In this document: piece after piece, positions 13,392 through 22,889 of the stretch
Layout: each line of letters opens with the position of its first letter
Position numbering within the stretch: the first letter of the stretch is position 1
NCBI GenBank assembly: GCA_963708025.1
Contig: CAVPSB010000010.1
Coordinates: 64,001 to 128,000, forward strand
Source: an uncultured Candidatus Rokubacteria bacterium
GTDB taxonomy: Bacteria; Methylomirabilota; Methylomirabilia; Rokubacteriales; DASRDR01
Length of the DNA: 64,000 nt
Direction of reading: 5' to 3'
Translations under genes and position numbers: made by a program
The notes under the pieces: model-generated
Seen by the model: only the letters and a program-made list of their open reading frames with translations
Database searches by the model: none
What the model was told of the DNA's origin: nothing

Positions 13392-14790
13392 GCTGGCGTC
13401 CCTCCCGGATCGGGCCCGCGCGGCGCTGGGCGACCCCTTCCTCCAGCAGGCGCTGGGGAACGCCACCGGCAAGTTCATGGCCGCTCGCCGGACGGCCCTC
13501 GCCGGCTTCCCGCAGGGCGAGGCGTACCGGGAGCGCGCGCGCCAGATCAAAGAGGCGACGCTCCAGCGGCTCGACGAGTACCTGGGGCGGCTCTGCGACA
13601 ACGTGGAGGGTTCGGGGGGTGTGGTCCACTGGGCGCGCGACGCGGCCGAGGCTCGGGCCATCGTGCTGGAGCTGGCCCGGGCCCGCGGCGTGCGGACGGT
13701 GGTCAAGTCGAAGTCGATGGCCACCGAGGAGATCCACCTCAACGACGCCCTGGCGGCGGCCGGCATCACCGCGGTGGAGACCGACCTGGGCGAGTACATC
13801 ATCCAGCTCGCTCACGAGCGGCCATCCCACATCATCGTCCCGGCCATCCACAAGACGGCCGGGCAGATCGCCGAGCTGTTCCGGGCGGAGACGGGCCGGG
13901 ACGTGCCGCCCGATCCCGAGGCGCTGACACGGGTCGCCCGCGAAGAGCTGCGCCAGCGGTTTCTCGAGGCCGACATGGGCGTCTCGGGGGTCAACTTCGC
14001 GGTGGCGGAGACCGGGACCCTGGTGCTGGTCACCAACGAGGGGAACGGCCGGCTGGTCACGACGCTCCCCCGGATCCACGTCGCCCTGATGGGGATCGAC
14101 AAGGTGATCCCCTCGCTCACGGACCTGATGGTGTTCCTCCAGTTGCTGCCGCGGGCGGCGACCGGTCAGAAGCTCACCACGTACACCAACCTGATCCGCG
14201 GGCCCCGCCGGCCGGGCGAGGCCGACGGCCCGGACGAGCTCCACCTCGTCATCCTCGACAACGGCCGCGTCGCCCAGCTCGCCGGCCCGCTCCGGGAGGC
14301 GCTCCACTGCCTCCGCTGCGGGGCCTGCCTGAACGTCTGTCCGGTCTACCGGGCGGTCGGCGGCCACGCCTACGGCCACGTCTATCCCGGCCCCATCGGG
14401 ATCCTGCTGACCGCCATGCTCGAAGGCACGCCTGCGGTCCGGGACCTGGCCCACGCCTCCAGCCTGTGCGGCGCCTGCCAGGAAGTGTGTCCGGTCAAGA
14501 TCGACATCCCGCGGATGCTGGTCGCGCTCCGGGTGAGCCTCGACCGGGAGCGGATCGCGCCGTGGCCCGAGCGGGTTCTGTTCAAGGCCTTCGCCCAGCT
14601 GCTGGCCCACCCGGCGCTGTTCCGCTTGCTGACCCGCGCTGGACGGTGGGCGCAGCGGTGGGCCATCGGTCCGGACGGGCGACTCCGCTGGCTGCCGTCT
14701 GTCCTCCGCGCCTGGACGGCGCACCGGGAGCTGCCGCCCCTCGCCCCGCGCTCGTTCACCGACGGCTGGCGCGAGCGAGGGCGGCCGTGA
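13378..14790 (+). CDS. lutB: Lactate utilization protein B (LUD + 4Fe-4S)
   Basis: KSKSMATEEI, ETDLGEYIIQL, CLRCGACLNVCPVY, CGACQEVCPVKIDIP. Confidence 0.9.
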   Translation: MARPELASLPDRARAALGDPFLQQALGNATGKFMAARRTALAGFPQGEAYRERARQIKEATLQRLDEYLGRLCDNVEGSGGVVHWARDAAEARAIVLELARARGVRTVVKSKSMATEEIHLNDALAAAGITAVETDLGEYIIQLAHERPSHIIVPAIHKTAGQIAELFRAETGRDVPPDPEALTRVAREELRQRFLEADMGVSGVNFAVAETGTLVLVTNEGNGRLVTTLPRIHVALMGIDKVIPSLTDLMVFLQLLPRAATGQKLTTYTNLIRGPRRPGEADGPDELHLVILDNGRVAQLAGPLREALHCLRCGACLNVCPVYRAVGGHAYGHVYPGPIGILLTAMLEGTPAVRDLAHASSLCGACQEVCPVKIDIPRMLVALRVSLDRERIAPWPERVLFKAFAQLLAHPALFRLLTRAGRWAQRWAIGPDGRLRWLPSVLRAWTAHRELPPLAPRSFTDGWRERGRP

Positions 14791-15521
14791 CCACGCGCGC
14801 TGCCTTCCTGGAGCGGATCCGGCGGGAGATGCCCCGGACCTCCGGGCTGTTCCCGGCGGCGCCGAGCCCCCGGCCGGCGGCGCCCCTCCATGAGGCGGCC
14901 GCGATCCGGAGCCGCGCCCGGAGGGCGACGGAGGCGCTGCTGGCCCGCTTCCGGCTCGAGGCGGAGCAGGTGGGCACGGTGGTCCACCGGGCGGCGACGG
15001 TGGAGGAGGCGAGCGGGATCGTCCGGCAGCTCGCCGCCGACCGGGAGGCGCGCCGCGTGGCGACGTGGCGGCGCAGCCGCCTCGGCGCCGTGAGCGCGGT
15101 CGCGGCGCGCCTGGCCGAGGCCGGTCTCGACGTCTACGACGGGGCGCCCGAGAACGGCGGCGGGGGCACACGGACGGCGCCGGTGGCGCGACTGGCGATG
15201 ACGGAGCTGGGGCTGACGAGCGTGGACCTGGCGGTCGCCGAGACGGGGAGCCTGGTCCTGGCGTCCGGGGTCGGCAAGGGGCGGGCCGTCTCGCTCCTGC
15301 CGCCCTGCCACGTGGCGATCTTCGGCCCGGACCAGCTCGTGGAGACCCTCGAGGAGGCGGGCGTGATCCTGGAGGCCTGGAGCGCCGACGAGACCGGCGC
15401 GACCGGATCGAACATCGTGTTCGTCACGGGGCCGAGCCGCACGGCCGACATCGAGCTGACCCTGACCCGAGGCGTGCACGGTCCCCGGGAGGTGCACGCG
15501 GTGTTCGTGGACGCGCTCTGA
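14787..15521 (+). CDS. lutC: Lactate utilization protein C (LUD domain)
   Basis: AETGSL, SLLPPCH, TGPSRTADIELTLTRGVHGP. Confidence 0.88.
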   Translation: MTTRAAFLERIRREMPRTSGLFPAAPSPRPAAPLHEAAAIRSRARRATEALLARFRLEAEQVGTVVHRAATVEEASGIVRQLAADREARRVATWRRSRLGAVSAVAARLAEAGLDVYDGAPENGGGGTRTAPVARLAMTELGLTSVDLAVAETGSLVLASGVGKGRAVSLLPPCHVAIFGPDQLVETLEEAGVILEAWSADETGATGSNIVFVTGPSRTADIELTLTRGVHGPREVHAVFVDAL

Positions 15522-15528
15522 TCTCCCG

Positions 15529-15951
15529 ATGACGGACGACGCGAAGCGATACTTCACCGTCGAGGAAGCCGAGCGGCTGATCCCGCGCCTGGAGGCGGCG
15601 ATGAACCGCGTGAAGGAGTGCCACGCCGAGGCCGGCCGCTGGCGCCAGGCGCTCCAGGAGGCCCAGCGCCAGGTGATGCTGGCGGGGGGGGCGCGGCTCG
15701 ATCAGGAGTTCTGGCGGGCACGGAAGACCCGGCTGGCGGCCGTCACCGCCGAGCTGCAGGAAAAGATCGGTGACATCATCAGCCTGGGCGGCGTGCCGAA
15801 GGACCTCGAGCTGGGGCTGGTGGACTTCCTGGCCCTGCTCGGCGAGCGCGAGGTGAATCTTTGCTGGCGGCTCGGTGAGCGGCGCATCCGGTTCTGGCAC
15901 GGCCTCGACGAGGGCTACGCCGCCCGGAAGCCGCTCCCCAGCTCCGACTGA
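15529..15951 (+). CDS. DUF2203 family protein
   Basis: FTVEEA..LIP, KDLELGLVDF, LCWRLGE..I.FWH..DEGYA.R. Confidence 0.85.
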   Translation: MTDDAKRYFTVEEAERLIPRLEAAMNRVKECHAEAGRWRQALQEAQRQVMLAGGARLDQEFWRARKTRLAAVTAELQEKIGDIISLGGVPKDLELGLVDFLALLGEREVNLCWRLGERRIRFWHGLDEGYAARKPLPSSD

Positions 15952-15953
15952 CA

Positions 15954-16215
15954 GCTCTTCCGGCTCCCCCTCCCCCGGTGGGTCGGGGAGGGGGGCTGAG
16001 GGGGTCCCGGAAATACCCGGGGCCCCGAACTGAGGCGTGTGAGCGTGGGCTCTTCCGGCTCCCTCCCCCGGTGGGTGGGGGAGGGGGCGGGGCGGGAGGA
16101 GGGAGGTCCCGGAAATACCCGGGGCCCCGAACTGAGGCGTGTGAGCTCGTGGGCTCTTCCGGCTCCCCCTCCCCCCCGGTGGGTGGGGGAGGGGGGCGGG
16201 GGGGAGGAGGGAGGT
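15954..16215 (+). repeat. Tandem array of three family A units (~95-105 bp period)
   Basis: GCTCTTCCGGCTCCC..x3; linker GGTCCCGGAAATACCCGGGGCCCCGAACTGAGGCGTGTGAGC occurs twice, identical. Confidence 0.9.
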
Positions 16216-16225
16216 TTCGAAAGTC

Positions 16226-17212
16226 ATGCGGTTGATCCCGGCTAGTACGGGCTCGTACCCCCGGATCGGGGACACCCCGGCGGCCCAGCGGCACCGGCGG
16301 GCCTATGCCCAGCGCGAGCGGGGCGAGCTGTCGGCGACGGACTGGCGGACGGTGGAGGACGAGGTCACGCGCGAGGTGATCGCCGAGCAGCTCGCCGCGG
16401 GCGTGGAGCTGCCGACCGACGGGCAGGTGCGCTGGTACGATCCAATCTCGCACCTGGCCCGCGGCCTCACGAACGTGACGGTGAACGGGCTCCTCCGCTA
16501 CTTCGACACCAACTTCTATTTCCGCCAGCCGGTGGTGCGGGGACCGATCGCCCGCTCCGGCTCGATCCTGCTCCAGGAGTTCGAGGCCGGCCGGGCGGCG
16601 GCCGCGCCCCGGGAGCTCAAGCCGGTGCTCACCGGGCCGTACAGCCTGGCCCAGGGCTCGATCCTGGATGGCGGCTACGGGAGCCGGGATGGGCTGGCCG
16701 ACGCGTACGCGGAGGTCGTGGCCCAGGAGGTGGCCGCCCTGGCCCGGGCCGGGGCGACGCTGATCCAGATCGACGAGCCCTATCTTCTCCAGCACCCCGA
16801 GGACCTGGGCGTGGTGCAGCGGAGCTTCGCGGCGCTGGCGGCCGCGCGCGGGGGCGCCCGGCTCGCCTGCTACACGTACTTCGGGGACGCGCTGCCGCTC
16901 TACGACGATCTCCAGGCCCTCCCGGTGGACGTCCTCGGGCTCGACTTCACCTACAGCCCCAAGCTGGCGGTGCGGGTCGCCGAGACGGGGTCGGCCAAGA
17001 TGCTGGGGCTGGGGCTGATCGACGGGCGCAACACCAAGCTGGAAACGCGAGAGATGGTCTTCCCCGTGCTCGATCAGATCGCCGGCCGGCTCGGGGAGAC
17101 CGCGTACCTCAATCCCTCGTGTGGCCTCGAGTTCCTGCCGCGGGCGCGCGCCCGTGCCAAGATCGAGGGGATGGCTCGGCTGGCGCGCGAGTATGCGGGC
17201 CAAGGAGCGTGA
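16226..17212 (+). CDS. Split cobalamin-independent methionine synthase, non-catalytic (MetE N-half-like) subunit
   Basis: GSYPR, TDGQVRW, RYFDTNFYFRQP, TGPYSL, QIDEP; TYFG in place of the HXC Zn motif. Confidence 0.75.
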   Translation: MRLIPASTGSYPRIGDTPAAQRHRRAYAQRERGELSATDWRTVEDEVTREVIAEQLAAGVELPTDGQVRWYDPISHLARGLTNVTVNGLLRYFDTNFYFRQPVVRGPIARSGSILLQEFEAGRAAAAPRELKPVLTGPYSLAQGSILDGGYGSRDGLADAYAEVVAQEVAALARAGATLIQIDEPYLLQHPEDLGVVQRSFAALAAARGGARLACYTYFGDALPLYDDLQALPVDVLGLDFTYSPKLAVRVAETGSAKMLGLGLIDGRNTKLETREMVFPVLDQIAGRLGETAYLNPSCGLEFLPRARARAKIEGMARLAREYAGQGA

Positions 17213-17213
17213 G

Positions 17214-18215
17214 ATGAGCCGGACGAAGCTCGAGGCCCTCGGCCTGGACCTGCCGCTCCTGCCGACCTCCACGGTCGGGAGCTTTCCCAAGCCCGACTAC
17301 CTCGTAGAGGCCCGGGGCAAGGCGGCGCGGAGCGCGATCACCCGCGAGGAGCTGGACCGACTGGAGCGCCAGGCCACCGAGTTCTGGGTCCGCGTCCAGG
17401 AGGAGCTGGGCGTGGACGTGCTCGTGGATGGGGAGCAGTACCGCGGCGACATGGTGGCCTACTTCGCAGAGACCATGGGTGGCTTCGCTCGCGGCGGGCT
17501 CGTGCGCTCCTACGGGAACCGCTACTACCACAAGCCGGTGATCGTCGGCGCAGTCGAGTGGCCGGGCCCGATCACGGTCGACTGGTGGCGGTGGACGCAG
17601 TCCCTGACCAGCCGGCCCGTCAAGGGGATGCTCACCGGCCCGTACACGATCATGGACTGGTCGTTCAACGACCACTACCCCGATCGGAAGGCCGCCTGCC
17701 TGGCCCTGGCGCGGGAGGTGCGCAAGGAGCTGGAGGCGCTCCTCGCCGCCGGGGCCAAGGTCGTGCAGATCGACGAGCCGGCGCTCTCCGTCCGTCCCGA
17801 CGAGCTGCCCTTCGCGGTCGAGGCCATGCACCTCGTAGTCGACGGGCTGCCGGCCTACTACATCGTTCATGCCTGCTTCGGGGCCTTCGAGACGATCTAT
17901 CCGGGACTGCTGGACCTCCCGGTCGACAACCTGGACCTCGCCATTTCCCACAGCGCGCTCGATCTCCTCGGCATGTTCGAGAAGAACCCGTTCACGAAGG
18001 ACCTGTCGCTCGGCGTCCTCGACGTGCACAGCCACGTCGTCGAGTCGGCCACCGAGGTCAGGGGCCGGATCGAGCGGGGGATCGGGGTGCTGCCGGTGGA
18101 GCGGATCTGGGTGGACCCGGACTGCGGGCTGAAGACGCGGACGGTGGAGGAGGCGCGCGGCAAGCTCGCCGCCATGATGGCCGCCGTGCAGGAGATCCGT
18201 TCCACCCGAAGCTGA
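17214..18215 (+). CDS. metE: Methionine synthase, catalytic Zn subunit (MetE C-half)
   Basis: VGSFPKP, DGEQYRGDMV.YF, VRSYGNR, KGMLTGPYT, QIDEPA, HAC, PDCGLKTR. Confidence 0.85.
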   Translation: MSRTKLEALGLDLPLLPTSTVGSFPKPDYLVEARGKAARSAITREELDRLERQATEFWVRVQEELGVDVLVDGEQYRGDMVAYFAETMGGFARGGLVRSYGNRYYHKPVIVGAVEWPGPITVDWWRWTQSLTSRPVKGMLTGPYTIMDWSFNDHYPDRKAACLALAREVRKELEALLAAGAKVVQIDEPALSVRPDELPFAVEAMHLVVDGLPAYYIVHACFGAFETIYPGLLDLPVDNLDLAISHSALDLLGMFEKNPFTKDLSLGVLDVHSHVVESATEVRGRIERGIGVLPVERIWVDPDCGLKTRTVEEARGKLAAMMAAVQEIRSTRS

Positions 18216-18235
18216 GGGCGCGTGAACCAACGGTT

Positions 18236-18356
18236 CCTCCGGCCCCCCCGGGGGGGTGGGGGACGGGGCGGCCGAACTGAGGGCGTCTGAAACGAACGGC
18301 TTCCTCCGGCCCCCCCCGGTGGGTGGGGGAGGGGGGCTGGGGGGTGGGCGGGAGGT
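18236..18356 (+). repeat. Two tandem family A units
   Basis: TTCCTCCGGCCCCCCC.GG.GGGTGGGGG twice; CCGAA(G)CTGAGGGCG precedes both; ends GGAGGT. Confidence 0.8.
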
Positions 18357-18364
18357 GACGAACG

Positions 18365-19114
18365 TTGCCCCGCTACACGACAGTCCTGTTCGACATGTTC
18401 GACACCCTGGTCCGGCTCAACCGCGACCGGCTCCCGAGCGTCCAGCTCGGTGGGCGCGAGGTGCGCTCGTCGGTGGCGTGCCTGTACCCGGTCGCGGCCG
18501 CCGCGCTGCCGGGGGTGACCCTCGAGGGCTTCTACGACGCCTTCCTGGGCAGCTATCGGGACGCCGAGCGCCAGCGGGGGGTGGACCATCGGGAGATCCC
18601 GGCCCTCGAACGGTTCAGCTTCTGCTACGCGAGGCTCGGTGTCGATCCTGCGACAGTCCCCCGGGAGCTGACCGAGCGGCTGATCGACCTCCACGCCGGG
18701 AGCCTCGCCGGGGTGGCCGAACCCCTGCCCGGCCGGCACGACCTGCTCCAGTGGCTGGCCGGCCGCTACCGCCTCGGCCTCGTCTCGAACTTCGACTACT
18801 CGCCGACGGTGCGGCGGATCCTGCAGGACGGCGCGATCCTGGACCGGTTCGACGTGCTGATCGTCTCCGATGCCGTGGGCTGGCGGAAGCCGAGCCCCCG
18901 CATCTTCGAGGCGGCATTCGCCCGCCTCGGCGTCGGCGCCCCGGAGTGCCTGTTCGTCGGGGACCGCCCCGATATCGACGTCGCCGGGGCCAAGGCCGTC
19001 GGAATGGACGCCGCGTGGCTCAACCCGGAGGGGCTGGCGCTCCCGGACGGGCTCCCCGGCCCCGATTTCACGCTCGGCTGCCTGGCCGACCTGCGGCCCG
19101 TGCTGGAGCGATAG
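18365..19114 (+). CDS. HAD-superfamily hydrolase
   Basis: FDMFDTL, VSN, RKP, VGDRPDIDVAGA; TTG start. Confidence 0.88.
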   Translation: MPRYTTVLFDMFDTLVRLNRDRLPSVQLGGREVRSSVACLYPVAAAALPGVTLEGFYDAFLGSYRDAERQRGVDHREIPALERFSFCYARLGVDPATVPRELTERLIDLHAGSLAGVAEPLPGRHDLLQWLAGRYRLGLVSNFDYSPTVRRILQDGAILDRFDVLIVSDAVGWRKPSPRIFEAAFARLGVGAPECLFVGDRPDIDVAGAKAVGMDAAWLNPEGLALPDGLPGPDFTLGCLADLRPVLER

Positions 19115-19201
19115 CCTCTTCGGGGGGGTCTCGGAAAGACCGTGGCGACGGCGAAGCCGCCGCGCGGAGGCTCTTCCCGCTCGCCTCACACTGAAACGCG
19201 A
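19115..19201 (+). repeat. Family C repeat
   Basis: CGGGGGGGTCTCGGAA..GTGGCGACGGCGAAGCCGCC..GCTCGCCTCACACTGAAACGCGA; matches 20725-20830. Confidence 0.75.
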
Positions 19202-19284
19202 CCCGGCGAACCGGGCGGCGCCGTCGGGCACCGGCTGCCGTGGACCACGCTCGGCAAGTAGGCGCCAGGGCTCGAAAAAACTCC

Positions 19285-19313
19285 TTGACGCCCCGAGCCG
19301 CTCCCGGTAGAAT
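19285..19313 (+). promoter_or_regulatory. Sigma70 promoter of csp gene
   Basis: TTGACG-17bp-TAGAAT with upstream A-tract. Confidence 0.75.
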
Positions 19314-19445
19314 GCCAGCCTGATTGACGGGGTAGGCTGCTTGCCAGGAGATCAAGCTCGATCCCGCCGTAAGGGCTCTCGAAATGGCCCTTGCGGTTTT
19401 TTGTTGGCCGCCAGCCCCCAGCCTTGACGGAAGGAGACCGAAGGA

Positions 19446-19649
19446 ATGCGCGAGAGCGGTGTGGTCAAGTGGTTCAACGAGGCCAAGGGGTACGGCTTCA
19501 TCGAGCGACCCGGCGGGGAGGACGTCTTCGTCCACTACTCCGCCATCCAGGGCGCGGGCTTCCGCACGCTGGCCGAAGGCCAGGCGGTGGAGTTCGACGT
19601 CGTGGAGGGCCCGAAGGGGAAGCAGGCGGCCAACGTAACCAAGAAATAG
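19446..19649 (+). CDS. Cold-shock protein (CspA family)
   Basis: [32 protein letters not shown]. Confidence 0.96.
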   Translation: MRESGVVKWFNEAKGYGFIERPGGEDVFVHYSAIQGAGFRTLAEGQAVEFDVVEGPKGKQAANVTKK

Positions 19650-19666
19650 GGAGACCGGTCTACCGG

Positions 19667-19704
19667 GCGGCCCCGGGGAGCGATCCCCGGGGCCGTTTGC
19701 TTTT
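19667..19704 (+). terminator. Intrinsic terminator after csp
   Basis: GCGGCCCCGGGGA-GCGA-TCCCCGGGGCCGT followed by TTGCTTTT. Confidence 0.75.
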
Positions 19705-19773
19705 CGGGTGGCGCATCGCGCCGGACGATGGCGGCGTCATATAATCGGTGAGAGGGAAGGAGGTATCCGCCCT

Positions 19774-20724
19774 ATGGGCCCACGGGACGAGATCCGCCAG
19801 GTTCTGATCATCGGGTCGGGACCCGCCGGCCTGACCGCCGCTATCTACACCGGCCGGGCGAACCTTTCGCCCCTCATGCTGGCTGGCAGCCAGCCCGGCG
19901 GCCAGCTGACGCTGACGACCGATGTCGAGAACTACCCGGGCTTCGAGCACGGGATCATGGGGCCCGAGCTGATGGACATCATGCGTCGTCAGGCGGCGCG
20001 GTTCGGGGCCGAGATCCTGGACGACGATGCCATCGGGGTGGACCTCTCGCACCGTCCCTTCCAGGTCAAGACCGCCGAGCGCACGTATGCGGCCGAGACC
20101 CTCATCGTCAGCACGGGGGCCTCGGCCAAGATGCTCGGCCTGCCGTCGGAGAGGCAGCTTCTCGGCCGAGGGGTGTCCACCTGCGCGACGTGCGACGGCT
20201 TCTTCTTCAAGGGGCAGGACCTGGCCGTGGTGGGCGGGGGAGACTCGGCCCTCGAAGAGGCGAACTTCCTCACCAAGTTCGCGAACAAGGTGACCGTCGT
20301 CCACCGGCGCGACGCCCTCCGGGCCTCGAAGATCATGCAGGATCGGGCGCGGCGGAACGAGAAGATCGCCTGGATCTGGGACAGCACGATCGACGAGGTC
20401 ATGGACCCGGCCCAGGGGAAGGTCGTCGGGGCCCGGGTCCGGAACCTCAAGACCGGCGCGATGAGCGAGTTGCCGGTCGGCGGCGTGTTCATTGCGATCG
20501 GCCACACGCCGAACACCCAGCTCGTCGCCGGCCAGATGGAGCTGGACCCGGGTGGGTACATCGTCACCGCGTCCGGCTCGACCCGGACCAGCGTCCCCGG
20601 GGTCTTCGCGGCCGGCGACGTCGCCGACCACGTCTACCGACAGGCGGTGACCGCGGCCGGCACGGGCTGCATGGCCGCCATCGACGCCGAGCGCTTCCTG
20701 GAGGCCGAAGGCACCTCCCACTAG
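19774..20724 (+). CDS. trxB: Thioredoxin reductase
   Basis: IIGSGPAG, GVSTCATCDG, VVGGGDSA, FAAGDV..YRQA; SD AGGAGG. Confidence 0.96.
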   Translation: MGPRDEIRQVLIIGSGPAGLTAAIYTGRANLSPLMLAGSQPGGQLTLTTDVENYPGFEHGIMGPELMDIMRRQAARFGAEILDDDAIGVDLSHRPFQVKTAERTYAAETLIVSTGASAKMLGLPSERQLLGRGVSTCATCDGFFFKGQDLAVVGGGDSALEEANFLTKFANKVTVVHRRDALRASKIMQDRARRNEKIAWIWDSTIDEVMDPAQGKVVGARVRNLKTGAMSELPVGGVFIAIGHTPNTQLVAGQMELDPGGYIVTASGSTRTSVPGVFAAGDVADHVYRQAVTAAGTGCMAAIDAERFLEAEGTSH

Positions 20725-20853
20725 ATCATTCCGGGGGGCTCTCGGAAGCCCCCCCGATGCCCCCCGTCGTGGCGGCGGCGAAGCCGCCGGGCGGACGCCC
20801 TCCACGGCTCGCCTCGCACTGAACGCGATACGGCATACTCCGACAGTCTCCTT
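20725..20853 (+). repeat. Family C repeat bounded by CTAG
   Basis: CTAG at 20721 and 20854; core shared with 19115-19201. Confidence 0.75.
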
Positions 20854-20858
20854 CTAGA

Positions 20859-21672
20859 CTAGGTGCCGATGCGAAGCGGGGCCGACAGGTCGCGCAGGTA
20901 GGCGATCGTCGAGAGGTAGGAGAGCTTGCCGGTCCGCGGGTTCTCGGAGGGCACGTTCTCGATCTCGACGTAGAGCCGGCCGAAGGCGCCCTCGGCCGTC
21001 ACCGCGTGCCGATTCCGGGCGAGGCCGGGCGTCGCGAAGACCCGGATCCGGGTGGCGTCGGGACCGAGCCCGGCCAGGGACACCGCGGCCACCACGTTCA
21101 CGTTCGCCGGAAACGCCCGACACGCCTCCCGGGCCGTCCCCTCGAAGACGAGCGTCTCCTGCCGGAGGCCGTCGAGGTCGAGGCCGGCGACGCCGGGGGC
21201 GCCGGCGAGGCCGCGCGGCGGCTTGCGGGTTTCCATCACCACCGACGTCAGGTGGCCGGCGACCGCGGCGCCCTTCAGCCCGTCGAGCCCGGCGATCGCC
21301 GCCGAGGGCGCGTGGATCCGGGCACCACGGCGCGCGGCCAGCGCCGGCCACTCCGGGTGCCCGAGGAGCCCCCCGACCGAGAGGACGAGGAGATCGCGCC
21401 CGGCCTCGAGCACCGCGGGGGCCAGCTCGGCCAGGGCGCGCCTGGGTGGCGGCCTCGACGACGAGGTCGGAGGCCTCGATCAGCCGGGGCAGGCCGAGGC
21501 AGGGCGGCGCGCCCGGCAGGCTCTCGAGAAAGGCCTTGGCCTGAGCTTCGTCCCGGCTGGTCCCGCCGGCCAGGACGCATCCGGGAACGCCCTCGGCGAG
21601 CGCGCGCGCCACCGCGCGGCCGATCACGCCCAGCCCGAAGATCCCGATCCGCCGAACGCCCGTCATCGTCAT
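20859..21672 (-). CDS. nadX: L-aspartate dehydrogenase (apparent frameshift near 21440)
   Basis: IGIFGLGVIG..VVEAA in one frame; SAAIAGLD, RKPP, FPANVNV, ENPRTGKL in another. Confidence 0.85.
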
Positions 21673-21677
21673 TCTAG

Positions 21678-21838
21678 ATTCCTCGAAGGGTCGAGTTCGC
21701 GGGGCGAGGCCGAGGAGCGATCAGCGCCCAAAGGCCGAAGGCCGTCCGAAGGACGCAGGGAGTCGCCGACCGCAGGCGTACTCCGAGTACGCCGAGGATC
21801 GGCGACGACCGAGGACGACGCGATGCGAAGCTCATCAT
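21678..21838 (-). repeat. Family B repeat element (short ORF 21838-21674)
   Basis: Near-identical to 42405-42548 and 46423-46520; ends at CTAG 21674. Confidence 0.88.
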
Positions 21839-21998
21839 GGTGATCAGGGAGCCCCCGATGTTCGCGTTGTTGGACGCCTCACTCGCGATGTGGTGCGCCT
21901 CCAGCGTGTGGGGCCGGGAGAATCGCGGTCGGCGTGAGCGGCGTCATCGTAGCAACCGGCCTTCGGGAAATCAAGACGGCGTGCTATCCTAGCGCGCG

Positions 21999-22889
21999 AT
22001 GCAGGCGCGGATGTCGGCGGCGCGCGTTGCCCAATCATCTCGGAAGCTGCGCGGTCCGCTGGAACGGCTGTACCGCGACTTCGACTATCGCGGGCGCCTC
22101 GCCAACGACGCCATCCAGTACCCGCGGCGCTACGACGACCCCCTCGACCGCGAGATCGTCGCCCTCCTCGCCGCCAGCCTGGCCTACGGCCGCGTCGACC
22201 TGTTCGGACCCTGGATCGACCGGCTCCTCGGCTGGCTCCGTCCCTCGCCCCGCGCTTTCGTCCTCGCCTTCGACCCGGCGCGCGACGCGGCGGTTTTCGC
22301 CCCGTTCCACTACCGGTTCACGCGCGGCGTGGACGTGGCCGCGGCCGTGCTGGCGCTCCACCGGCTGCTCGTCCGCCACGGCTCGCTCCGCCAGGCGTTC
22401 CTGGCCGGCTACTCGGAGGCCGATCCGGACATCCGGCCGGCCCTCGACCGGTTCGCCCGCGCGATCCGCGATCAGGACTTCGGCCCGGTCGGCATGGCCC
22501 GGCCCACCCGCGGGTTCCACCATCTCTTCCCGCGACCGTCCGACGGCGGCGCGTGCAAGCGCTGGCACCTCTTCCTGCGCTGGATGGTGCGGCGGGACGG
22601 CTTCGACTTCGGCGACTGGGCCGAGGTCTCGCCGGCCAAGCTGCTGATCCCGGTCGATACCCACGTGGCCAACATGGCCGACGCGCTCCAGCTCACCCGG
22701 TTGAAGAGCCGGACGGGGCGGATGGCGGAAGACATCACGCGGAGCCTCCGCGCCGTGGCCCCGGATGATCCCGTGAAGTACGACTTCGCCCTCTGCCACA
22801 CCCGCATGCGGGGGGACTGTCTCGGACGCCGGGCGCCGGTCTGCGGGAGCTGTGGGCTGCGCCCGGTGTGCCGGCACTGGCGGCGATGA
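21999..22889 (+). CDS. TIGR02757 family protein
   Basis: LAYGRV, ACKRWHLFLRWMVR, PVDTHV, DPVKYDFAL; Cys-rich C-terminus. Confidence 0.88.
   Translation: MQARMSAARVAQSSRKLRGPLERLYRDFDYRGRLANDAIQYPRRYDDPLDREIVALLAASLAYGRVDLFGPWIDRLLGWLRPSPRAFVLAFDPARDAAVFAPFHYRFTRGVDVAAAVLALHRLLVRHGSLRQAFLAGYSEADPDIRPALDRFARAIRDQDFGPVGMARPTRGFHHLFPRPSDGGACKRWHLFLRWMVRRDGFDFGDWAEVSPAKLLIPVDTHVANMADALQLTRLKSRTGRMAEDITRSLRAVAPDDPVKYDFALCHTRMRGDCLGRRAPVCGSCGLRPVCRHWRR

Noticed and set aside
15954-16215. CRISPR array
   Set aside because: Units are ~100 bp with identical linkers rather than unique spacers, no cas genes are present, and the motif is dispersed through the window.
16000-16225. SAM riboswitch or T-box before the met genes
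   Set aside because: The whole spacer is explained by family A repeats.
21839-21975. NAD-sensing riboswitch upstream of nadX
   Set aside because: A minus-strand promoter-like sequence exists, but I cannot match any known aptamer by eye.
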